Assembly (NCBI GenBank): GCA_965649825.1
Contig: OZ287696.1
Location: 2,047,724-2,111,723 of the forward strand
DNA length: 64,000 nucleotides
Origin: Penicillus capitatus
Taxonomy: Eukaryota; Plantae; Chlorophyta
Direction: 5' to 3'
The number at the start of each line of letters is the position of its first letter. Positions within the stretch are counted from its first letter, which is position 1. A model generated the notes under the pieces. That model had not been told where the DNA came from and did not search any database. It saw only the letters and a list, made by a program, of their open reading frames with translations. Below, piece by piece: positions 12,001-23,054 of this stretch. The position numbers were made by a program, and so were the translations under genes.

Positions 12001-15000
12001 GGCGTTCGCCGCCGTCTTGGTGGTCGAGGATGGAGTCCCATTTTTCGGGGTCGCGATCGGCGCACCACCACCGAGCCCCCGAGTTCGGCTATCTTTGTAC
12101 AAGGGCGTAGGGATGTACCTAACTAGCATGCAGGAACACGCACCCGAGACATTGGACGCCGTTGCCGTGCGCAAGGGGTCTCGGAAAAACACAAGCGTAA
12201 CCGAGCCGCGGGTCCGGATCACCACTATCTAGCCGGCTTCGCTGGATTCTCTCGCCACGGGGGCGTGTGGCGCCACGGTGCCAACGTGCAGGGTCGCTCG
12301 GACGGGGCGTTCGCCGCCGTCTTGGTGGTCGAGGATGAAGTCCCATTTTTCGGGGTCGCGTTCGGCGCACCACCACCGAGCCCCCGGAGTGCGGCTATCT
12401 TTGTACAAGGGCGTAGGGATGTACCTAACTAGCATGCAGGAACACGCACCCGAGACATTGGACGCCGTTGCCGTGCGCAAGGGGTCTCGGAAAAATCCAA
12501 CCGTAACCGAGCCGCGGGTCCGGATCACCACGATCTAGCCGGCTTCGCTGGAGTCTCTCGCCACGGGGGCGTGTGGCGCCACGGTGCCAACGTGCAGGGT
12601 CGCTCGGACGGGGCGTTCGCCGCCGTCTTGGTGGTCGAGGATGGAGTCCCATTTTTCGGGGTCGCGATCGGCGCACCACCACCGAGCCCCCGGAGTGCGG
12701 CTATCTCTGTACAAGGGCGTAGGGATGTACCTAACTAGCATGCAGGAACACGCACCCGAGACATTGGACGCCGTTGCCGTGCGCAAGGTGTCTCGGAAAA
12801 ACACAAGCGTAACCGAGCCGCGGGTCCGGATCACCACGATCTAGCCGGCTTCGCTGGATTCTCTCGCCACGGGGGCGTGTGGCGCCACGGTGCCAACGTG
12901 CAGGGTCGCTCGGACGGGGCGTTCGCCGCCGTCTTGGTGGTCGAGGATGGAGTCCCATTTTTCGGGGTCGCGATCGGCGCACCACCACCGAGCCCCCGGA
13001 GTGCGGCTATCTTTGTACAAGGGCGTAGGGATGTACCTAACTAGCATGCAGGAACACGCACCCGAGACATTGGACGCCGTTGCCGTGCGCAAGGTGTCTC
13101 GGAAAAACACAAGCGTAACCGAGCCGCGGGTCCGGATCACCACGATCTAGCCGGCTTCGCTGGATTCTCTCGCCACGGGGGCGTGTGGCGCCACGGTGCC
13201 AACGTGCAGGGTCGCTCGGACGGGGCGTTCGCCGCCGTCTTGGTGGTCGAGGATGAAGTCCCATTTTTCGGGGTCGCGATCGGCGCACCACCACCGAGCC
13301 CCCGGAGTGCGGCTATCTTTGTACAAGGGCGTAGGGATGTACCTAACTAGCATGCAGGAACACGCACCCGAGACATTGGACGCCGTTGCCGTGCGCAAGG
13401 GGTCTCGGAAAAATCCAACCGTAACCGAGCCGCGGGTCCGGATCACCACGATCTAGCCGGCTTCGCTGGAGTCTCTCGCCACGGGGGCGTGTGGCGCCAC
13501 GGTGCCAACGTGCAGGGTCGCTCGGACGGGGCGTTCGCCGCCGTCTTGGTGGTCGAGGATGGAGTCCCATTTTTCGGGGTCGCGATCGGCGCACCACCAC
13601 CGAGCCCCCGGAGTTCGGCTTTCTTTGTACAAGGGCGTAGGGATGTACCTAACTAGCATGCAGGAACACGCACCCGAGACATTGGACGCCGTTGCCGTGC
13701 GCAAGGTGTCTCGGAAAAATCCAACCGTAACCGAGCCGCGGGTCCGGATCACCACGATCTAGCCGGCTTCGCTGGATTCTCTCGCCACGGGGGCGTGTGG
13801 CGCCACGGTGCCAACGTGCAGGGTCGCTCGGACGGGCCGTTCGCCGCCGTCTTGGTGGTCGAGGATGGAGTCCCATTTTCAAGGGTCGCGATCGGCGCAC
13901 CACCACCGAGCCCCCGGAGTGCGGCTATCTTTGTACAAGGGCGTAGGGATGTACCTAACTAGCATGCAGGAACACGCACCCGAGACATTGGACGCCGTTG
14001 CCGTGCGCAAGGTGTCTCGGAAAAACACAAGTGTAACCGAGCCGCGGGGTCATATCACCACGATCTAGCCGGCTTCGCTGGATTCTCTCGCCACGGGGGC
14101 GTGTGGCGCCACGGTGCCAACGTGCAGGGTCGCTCGGACGGGGCGTTCGCCGCCGTCTTGGTGGTCGAGGATGGAGTCCCATTTTTCGGGGTCGCGTTCG
14201 GCGCACCACCACCGAGCCCCCGGAGTGCGGCTATCTTTGTACAAGGGCGTAGGGATGTACCTAACTAGCATGCAGGAACACGCACCCGAGACATTGGACG
14301 CCGTTGCCGTGCGCAAGGGGTCTCTAAAAAATCCAACCGTAACCGAGCCGCGGGTCCGGATCACCACGATCTAGCCGGCTTCGCTGGATTCTCTCGCCAC
14401 GGGGGCGTGTGGCGCCACGGTGCCAACGTGCAGGGTCGCTCGGACGGGCCGTTCGCCGCCGTCTTGGTGGTCGAGGATGGAGTCCCATTTTCAAGGGTCG
14501 CGATCGGCGCACCACCACCGAGCCCCCGGAGTGCGGCTATCTTTGTACAAGGGCGTAGGGATGTACCTAACTAGCATGCAGGAACACGCACCCGAGACAT
14601 TGGACGCCGTTGCCGTGCGCAAGGTGTCTCGGAAAAACACAAGTGTAACCGAGCCGCGGGGTCATATCACCACGATCTAGCCGGCTTCGCTGGATTCTCT
14701 CGCCACGGGGGCGTGTGGCGCCACGGTGCCAACGTGCAGGGTCGCTCGGACGGGGCGTTCGCCGCCGTCTTGGTGGTCGAGGATGGAGTCCCATTTTTCG
14801 GGGTCGCGTTCGGCGCACCACCACCGAGCCCCCGGAGTGCGGCTATCTTTGTACAAGGGCGTAGGGATGTACCTAACTAGCATGCAGGAACACGCACCCG
14901 AGACATTGGACGCCGTTGCCGTGCGCAAGGGGTCTCTAAAAAATCCAACCGTAACCGAGCCGCGGGTCCGGATCACCACGATCTAGCCGGCTTCGCTGGA

Positions 15001-18000
15001 TTCTCTCGCCACGGGGGCGTGTGGCGCCACGGTGCCAACGTGCAGGGTCGCTCGGACGGGCCGTTCGCCGCCGTCTTGGTGGTCGAGGATGGAGTCCCAT
15101 TTTCAAGGGTCGCGATCGGCGCACCACCACCGAGCCCCCGGAGTGCGGCTATCTTTGTACAAGGGCGTAGGGATGTACCTAACTAGCATGCAGGAACACG
15201 CACCCGAGACATTGGACGCCGTTGCCGTGCGCAAGGTGTCTCGGAAAAACACAAGTGTAACCGAGCCGCGGGGTCATATCACCACGATCTAGCCGGCTTC
15301 GCTGGATTCTCTCGCCACGGGGGCGTGTGGCGCCACGGTGCCAACGTGCAGGGTCGCTCGGACGGGGCGTTCGCCGCCGTCTTGGTGGTCGAGGATGGAG
15401 TCCCATTTTTCGGGGTCGCGATCGGCGCACCACCACCGAGCCCCCGGAGTGCGGCTATCTTTGTACAAGGGCGTAGGGATGTACCTAACTAGCATGCAGG
15501 AACACGCACCCGAGACATTGGACGCCGTTGCCGTGCGCAAGGGGTCTCGGAAAAATCCAACCGTAACCGAGCCGCGGGTCCGGATCACCACGATCTAGCC
15601 GGCTTCGCTGGAGTCTCTCGCCACGGGGGCGTGTGGCGCCACGGTGCCAACGTGCAGGGTCGCTCGGACGGGGCGTTCGCCGCCGTCTTGGTGGTCGAGG
15701 ATGGAGTCCCATTTTTCGGGGTCGCGATCGGCGCACCACCACCGAGCCCCCGGAGTTCGGCTTTCTTTGTACAAGGGCGTAGGGATGTACCTAACTAGCA
15801 TGCAGGAACACGCACCCGAGACATTGGACGCCGTTGCCGTGCGCAAGGTGTCTCGGAAAAATCCAACCGTAACCGAGCCGCGGGTCCGGATCACCACGAT
15901 CTAGCCGGCTTCGCTGGATTCTCTCGCCACGGGGGCGTGTGGCGCCACGGTGCCAACGTGCAGGGTCGCTCGGACGGGGCGTTCGCCGCCGTCTTGGTGG
16001 TCGAGGATGAAGTCCCATTTTTCGGGGTCGCGATCGGCGCACCACCACCGAGCCCCCGGAGTGCGGCTATCTTTGTACAAGGGCGTAGAGATGTACCTAA
16101 CTAGCATGCAGGAACACGCACCCGAGACATTGGACGCCGTTGCCGTGCGCAAGGTGTCTCTAAAAAATCCAACCGTAACCGAGCCGCGGGGTCATATCAC
16201 CACGATCTAGCCGGCTTCGCTGGATTCTCTCGCCACGGGGGCGTGTGGCGCCACGGTGCCAACGTGCAGGGTCGCTCGGACGGGGCGTTCGCCGCCGTCT
16301 TGGTGGTCGAGGATGGAGTCCCATTTTTCGGGGTCGCGTTCGGCGCACCACCACCGAGCCCCCGGAGTTCGGCTTTCTTTGTACAAGGGCGTAGGGATGT
16401 ACCTAACTAGCATGCAGGAACACTCACCCGAGACATTGGACGCCGTTGCCGTGCGCAAGGTGTCTCGGAAAAATCCAACCGTAACCGAGCCGCGGGTCCG
16501 GTTCACCACGATCTAGCCGGCTTCGCTGGAGTCTCTCGCCACGGGGGCGTGTGGCGCCACGGTGCCAACGTGCAGGGTCGCTCGGACGGGGCGTTCGCCG
16601 CCGTCTTGGTGGTCGAGGATGGAGTCCCATTTTTCGGGGTCGCGATCGGCGCACCACCACCGAGCCCCCGGAGTGCGGCTATCTTTGTACAAGGGCGTAG
16701 GGATGTACCTAACTAGCATGCAGGAACACGCACCCGAGACATTGGACGCCGTTGCCGTGCGCAAGGGGTCTCTAAAAAATCCAACCGTAACCGAGCCGCG
16801 GGTCCGGATCACCACGATCTAGCCGGCTTCGCTGGATTCTCTCGCCACGGGGGCGTGTGGCGCCACAGTGCCAACGTGCAGGGTCGCTCGGACGGGGCGT
16901 TCGCCGCCGTCTTGGTGGTCGAGAATGAAGTCCCATTTTCAAGGGTCGCGATCGGCGCACCACCACCGAGCCCCCGGAGTGCGGCTATCTTTGTACAAGG
17001 GCGTAGAGATGTACCTAACTAGCATGCAGGAACACGCACCCGAGACATTGGACGCCGTTGCCGTGCGCAAGGTGTCTCTAAAAAATCCAACCGTAACCGA
17101 GCCGCGGGTCCGGATCACCACGATCTAGCCGGCTTCGCTGGATTCTCTCGCCACGGGGGCGTGTGGCGCCACGGTGCCAACGTGCAGGGTCGCTCGGACG
17201 GGGCGTTCGCTGCCGTCTTGGTGGTCGAGGATGGAGTCCCATTTTTCGGGGTCGCGATCGGCGCACCACCACCGAGCCCCCGGAGTTCGGCTTTCTTTGT
17301 ACAAGGGCGTAGGGATGTACCTAACTAGCATGCAGGAACACGCACCCGAGACATTGGACGCCGTTGCCGTGCGCAAGGTGTCTCTAAAAAATCCAACCGT
17401 AACCGAGCCGCGGGTCCGGATCACCACGATCTAGCCGGCTTCGCTGGATTCTCTCGCCACGGGGGCGTGTGGCGCCACGGTGCCAACGTGCAGGGTCGCT
17501 CGGACGGGGCGTTCGCCGCCGTCTTGGTGGTCGAGGATGAAGTCCCATTTTCAAGGGTCGCGATCGGCGCACCACCACCGAGCCGCCGGAGTTCGGCTAT
17601 CTCTGTACAAGGGCGTAGGGATGTACCTAACTAGCATGCAGGAACACTCACACGAGACATTGGACGCCGTTGCCGTGCGCAAGGTGTCTCGGAAAAACAC
17701 AAGTGTAACCGAGCCGCGGGTCCGGATCACCACGATCTAGCCGGCTTCGCTGGATTCTCTCGCCACGGGGGCGTGTGGCGCCACGGTGCCAACGTGCAGG
17801 GTCGCTCGGACGGGGCGTTCGCCGCCGTCTTGGTGGTCGAGAATGAAGTCCCATTTTTCGGGGTCGCGTTCGGCGCACCACCACCGAGCCCCCGGAGTGC
17901 GGCTATCTTTGTACAAGGGCGTAGAGATGTACCTAACTAGCATGCAGGAACACGCACCCGAGACATTGGACGCCGTTGCCGTGCGCAAGGTGTCTCTAAA

Positions 18001-19987
18001 AAATCCAACCGTAACCGAGCCGCGGGTCCGGATCACCACGATCTAGCCGGCTTCGCTGGATTCTCTCGCCACGGGGGCGTGTGGCGCCACGGTGCCAACG
18101 TGCAGGGTCGCTCGGACGGGGCGTTCGCTGCCGTCTTGGTGGTCGAGGATGAAGTCCCATTTTCAAGGGTCGCGATCGGCGCACCACCACCGAGCCGCCG
18201 GAGTTCGGCTATCTCTGTACAAGGGCGTAGGGATGTACCTAACTAGCATGCAGGAACACTCACACGAGACATTGGACGCCGTTGCCGTGCGCAAGGTGTC
18301 TCGGAAAAACACAAGCGTAACCGAGCCGCGGGTCCGGATCACCACGATCTAGCCGGCTTCGCTGGATTCTCTCGCCACGGGGGCGTGTGGCGCCACGGTG
18401 CCAACGTGCAGGGTCGCTCGGACGGGGCGTTCGCCGCCGTCTTGGTGGTCGAGAATGAAGTCCCATTTTCAAGGGTCGCGATCGGCGCACCACCACCGAG
18501 CCCCCGGAGTGCGGCTATCTTTGTACAAGGGCGTAGAGATGTACCTAACTAGCATGCAGGAACACGCACCCGAGACATTGGACGCCGTTGCCGTGCGCAA
18601 GGTGTCTCTAAAAAATCCAACCGTAACCGAGCCGCGGGTCCGGATCACCACGATCTAGCCGGCTTCGCTGGATTCTCTCGCCACGGGGGCGTGTGGCGCC
18701 ACGGTGCCAACGTGCAGGGTCGCTCGGACGGGGCGTTCGCTGCCGTCTTGGTGGTCGAGGATGGAGTCCCATTTTTCGGGGTCGCGTTCGGCGCACCACC
18801 ACCGAGCCCCCGGAGTGCGGCTATCTTTGTACAAGGGCGTAGGGATGTACCTAACTAGCATGCAGGAACACGCACCCGAGACATTGGACGCCGTTGCCGT
18901 GCGCAAGGTGTCTCGGAAAAACACAAGTGTAACCGAGCCGCGGGGTCATATCACCACGATCTAGCCGGCTTCGCTGGATTCTCTCGCCACGGGGGCGTGT
19001 GGCGCCACGGTGCCAACGTGCAGGGTCGCTCGGACGGGGCGTTCGCCGCCGTCTTGGTGGTCGAGAATGAAGTCCCATTTTCAAGGGTCGCGTTCGGCGC
19101 ACCACCACCGAGCCCCCGAGTTCGGCTATCTTTGTACAAGGGCGTAGGGATGTACCTAACTAGCATGCAGGAACACGCACCCGAGACATTGGACGCCGTT
19201 GCCGTGCGCAAGGTGTCTCGGAAAAATCCAACCGTAACCGAGCCGCGGGTCCGGATCACCACGATCTAGCCGGCTTCGCTGGACTCTCTCGCCACGGGGG
19301 CGTGTGGCGCCACGGTGCCAACGTGCAGGGTCGCTCGGACGGGGCGTTCGCCGCCGTCTTGGTGGTCGAGGATGAAGTCCCATTTTCAAGGGTCGCGTTC
19401 GGCGCACCACCACCGAGCCCCCGGAGTGCGGCTATCTCTGTACAAGGGCGTAGGGATGTACCTAACTAGCATGCAGGAACACTCACCCGAGACATTGGAC
19501 GCCGTTGCCGTGCGCAAGGTGTCTCGGAAAAACACAAGTGTAACCGAGCCGCGGGTCCGGATCACCACGATCTAGCCGGCTTCGCTTGATCCTCTCGCCA
19601 CGGGGGCGTGTGGCACCACGGTGTCAACGTGCAGGGTCGCTCGGACGGGGCGTTCGCCGCCGTCTTGGTGGTCGAGGATGAAGTCCCATTTTCAAGGGTC
19701 GCGATCGGCGCACCACCACCGAGCCGCCGGAGTTCGGCTATCTCTGTACAAGGGCGTAGGGATGTACCTAACTAGCATGCAGGAACACTCACACGAGACA
19801 TTGGACGCCGTTGCCGTGCGCAAGGTGTCTCGGAAAAACACAAGTGTAACCGAGCCGCGGGTCCGGATCACCACGATCTAGCCGGCTTCGCTGGATTCTC
19901 TCGCCACGGGGGCGTGGGGCACCACGGTGCCAACGTGCAGGGTCGCTCGGACGGGCCGTTCGCCGCCGTCTTGGTGGTCGAGGATGA
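1..19987. repeat. 306-bp tandem satellite array, about 65 monomers, truncated at the left window edge
   Basis: The same sequence and the same ORF-track peptides recur every 306 bp (305 bp in units with a 1-bp deletion). Homology ends at ...gtcgaggatga|catgtttg (19,987/19,988). Confidence 0.99.
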
Positions 19988-20633
19988 CATGTTTGCGTAA
20001 AGCAATATGGCGCAGTCTGCCTAGGCAGTCCTATCATGACGCGACGTCTGCTTGGACCCCTCTGCATTGTCGACCTTTGTGCGTAACAGCGAGGCTTCAC
20101 CCGCAGTTTGCGCTCTCGGATTCCTCCTTCTGCAAATCACGAATCAGTACCTGTCATTCAATGCTTGTGAATCGCCCAACCTCATAACAGCTCTGTCGCG
20201 TGACCACCTTTGTGTTTTCAGTTTTCGGTCGAGTTGTATGGCGCCTTGCCGAGCAAAGGAGTGCCAAAAACATCAGGAGTCCCTTCTCTGTCTCTCTACG
20301 TTGCCAGTCGTCCAAACTGGACGCGTACAAAACGACCTTCATCAATCGACCGGCGTTCTTGTCGAGTCAGCTCACTGCCACCACTGCACGTGTACCAGAT
20401 ACAAAACTAGACATGATTTCGGAGACGGCTGCTACGGCCGTTGTGGAAGAGAGTGACCGAGTACAGAAAGAGTGTGAGATCTTCTCGACGGCCAGTTGTT
20501 CTGTGGGACCCCTCGCCAAGGACTGGTAAACAGTGCCTCCCTGGCACGTTCGTTTACACTGATAAAACCGACGACGACCGTTATTCAACGAATTCTGCCT
20601 TGAAAATCGATCAGCGGACGTCCTGCTTCTTTT

Positions 20634-20980
20634 ATGGCTCTCATGTTCACATCTGTTCTCTACTTGTGGCTTTTGATACGCACGGCCATTTCAAACATAG
20701 TCAAGGCATGTCGTCGCTGCTCAGGATATGGGATCGTACGATGTGACTTGTGCGGGGAAATCGTGAGGTTTGGTTTGGAGGGAAGTTTAAGCACATCATT
20801 CCTTGTCCTAAATGCATTGGCAAACGATCCGTCCGTTGCCAAAAATGTGGAGGGATGTTTGGCCGATCCGTCTTTGCGCACACACCCTCGCACAGAATCG
20901 CCAAAAACGAACTGAAAAGGATCGAACAGGAAGTAACAGTTGACGATCAATGGATCGGCCATCCAAAATGGGCCGTGTGA
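20634..20980 (+). CDS. DnaJ-type cysteine-rich zinc-finger protein, 3' part; apparent frameshift; 5' exons (about 20,200-20,630) unresolved
   Basis: A hydrophobic stretch is followed by CRRCSGYG and CDLC in one frame, then CPKCIGKR and CQKCGG in another, giving four CxxCxG-type repeats. The frames join at the GGGG run at 20,754-20,757. Confidence 0.55.
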
Positions 20981-21260
20981 CGACAGACGGAATCAGTATC
21001 GGATTGTATTTGTGGCTAACGAATGCGATTGTTTGTCCTCAATGCAATTCATATGTCGTGGGTAATTCCAAGCGAGAGTGTGGAAGGATGGCTGGCACAA
21101 AGCACTTATTCTTGTTGTTGAGTGGTTGGATTGTTGACATGGCTCAGTAGGTTTCTTCTTAAATGACAAGACAATCGTGGGATTGGATTCGACTGATCGA
21201 CTGTTTATTTGCTGTACAAATGGGAAATGGACGCTGGAGTTTGTGTTTCATGACAATTTG

Positions 21261-23050
21261 TTAACAATCAACCTCGTCTGTTTTGGTGAAAGCTGCGATG
21301 AAGAATCCGATGGTATCTAGTGCCGTATCAGGATAGAATCGTTGGACGAGACATGCTTCGTGGTCAAAAAGATACCCGGGACCGACCAATCCAGGACTAC
21401 CAATATAAGGATCCTGTTTCCTTAGGCGAAAAGAAGGATATGTATCTAACACGTAGCGCACATTCGCTTCATTCTCTCCTGCATCATGGGAGCTGCTCGA
21501 GAAAGCATTAGCGGTATAGAGATGTGCATTCTTACCCGGATGAATTGTGCAGGTGGAGTAGACCAGTGTCCCTCCCGGTGCAACAAGTTTCACTGCCGCA
21601 TCTAAGAGACGGCGCTGGTACTGTGCTGTCCGATTCAATTCTTCCACGGATTGGGGAAAGTCGAGACGGGGTCGCAGTCCAAGGGCAGAACATGGTGGAT
21701 CCAACAGGACGCCATCGAATGTGTTCTCACAGAAGCCTTCACATGTCGGCATCTGTACTGTCTCTGGTTGCATTTGCTGATGACATCGAAGACGTGTTGC
21801 TTCTCTGCGTGCTTCTCGTGCTTGTGCCTTGATAGTTTTGCTGCACGACCTCCGGGATGATGACATTTTCGATTTTGTCTCCCGAACAGCCGCCTTCGTG
21901 GCATCCATTTTGTAGACAGTAATGCAGGAAAGACCGCGTTCTGTTGCCAACTCTTGCACAGATGTCGCCTAAGTGCAGCAGCAGATGCAGATCGGTAACC
22001 TCGGGGTCATTTCCCCATACCTTCTTGTGTGTTCTGTCAAGAGCAATGACTTCGCCTTGATCTCCCATCCACTCTGCCATGGCAGTCGTCTTTCCGCCCG
22101 GAGCAGCGCACATGTCCAACACCTTCCAACCAGATTGAGGATTCATCACCTGAGCTGTCACAATGCTCGGCAGATTCTGTAGCATCACGTCTCCCGGCAG
22201 AATACCTGTCCCCAATCATCTTAAGTAATAAGGAACCATTGAATCGAGTTTCTACCATTGCAGGGAGGCGAGAGGTAAAGGGGATCTGTCATGACAACGG
22301 CACATCCATGCAGACGTCGAAAGAGCTCTGAACGGCCGACTTGACTCACACCCATTCCGATCCGTAGTCTGTCGTGTTGAGCAACGGGAGATCGATCTTC
22401 CAAAATACTGCCTCGCGTCAGTACGCTTTTCCCCCTAAATGATTCGAAAGGTGCATTCTATCTTTCGTAAAAAGTGCTAACAGATAGATAGACACAAGAA
22501 CTGTGTCCCCCTTTTCGAGTCCTGGCGATGTGGCCAGCACTCCGGGACAGAAAACGTGCGCCCCACGTAGAACAGCTTCTCCTGTCCTTCTAGAAAGGAG
22601 CACCTCTTTGTGCCCTCCAAGAAACACATTTATGTGTGATGTCACACGTTTTTATCATTCTACTGCATACCTGAATGTGCAGGAAGGACACAGGGTCCTT
22701 CTCCATGCAGAACGATCACCCCTGGCACGTCTAAGTCTTCGCGGGGATGGAATCGCTCGAGATGCCCGGGAAGCTTTTCGAGAACCTCCTGCCATCACCT
22801 CTGCCCAGTACCCTCGGCAGTAAACCGATGTGGACGAACCTGGGAGGTTGTTCGCATCATGTTCACTCGGAGAGTGGTCTTCAGCGACGGTCTCTCCAGA
22901 GCTTCTATGATCTTCTTGCATCTGTCTTTTCCGAAGAAGGACTCGAATTGATCCCTTATCTGAACGACACTCGGTTTTCAGCTGGTTCTACAGCATGGCT
23001 TGTCGTTGAAGGACTTGGGGTTGGATATTGGCAGTTGACAGGACGTTCAT
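21261..23050 (-). CDS. NSUN6: NSUN6-type (NOL1/NOP2/Sun + PUA) RNA m5C methyltransferase, multi-exon
   Basis: Spliced exons give PSLKTTLRVN, a PUA segment GEAVLRGAHVFCPGV, QNLPSIV, VLDMCAAPGGKT, VLLDPPCSALG, LVYSTCTI and GFFIAAF. The ATG at 23,050 depends on a 55-nt GT-AG intron. Confidence 0.9.
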
Positions 23051-23054
23051 CGCA
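23051..23054. promoter_or_regulatory. 4-bp spacer between the divergent NSUN6 and MOCS3 start codons
   Basis: The sequence CAT-cgca-ATG spans 23,048-23,057. Confidence 0.65.

Noticed and set aside
1-19987. CRISPR array or diversity-generating cassette array
   Set aside because: Whole monomers are repeated with no unique spacers. No cas, RT or recombinase gene is nearby, and the context is eukaryotic.
20017-20028. Perfect 12-bp palindrome CTGCCTAGGCAG next to the satellite junction
   Set aside because: About ten such palindromes are expected by chance in 44 kb. No TIR partner or target-site duplication was seen.
210-20187. About 190 ORFs of 60-188 aa on both strands in the array (MPTCRVART..., MVIRTRGS..., MVVRRS...)
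   Set aside because: They are GC-rich repeat artefacts: mostly GTG starts, several frames open at once, frameshifting indels tolerated, no domain.
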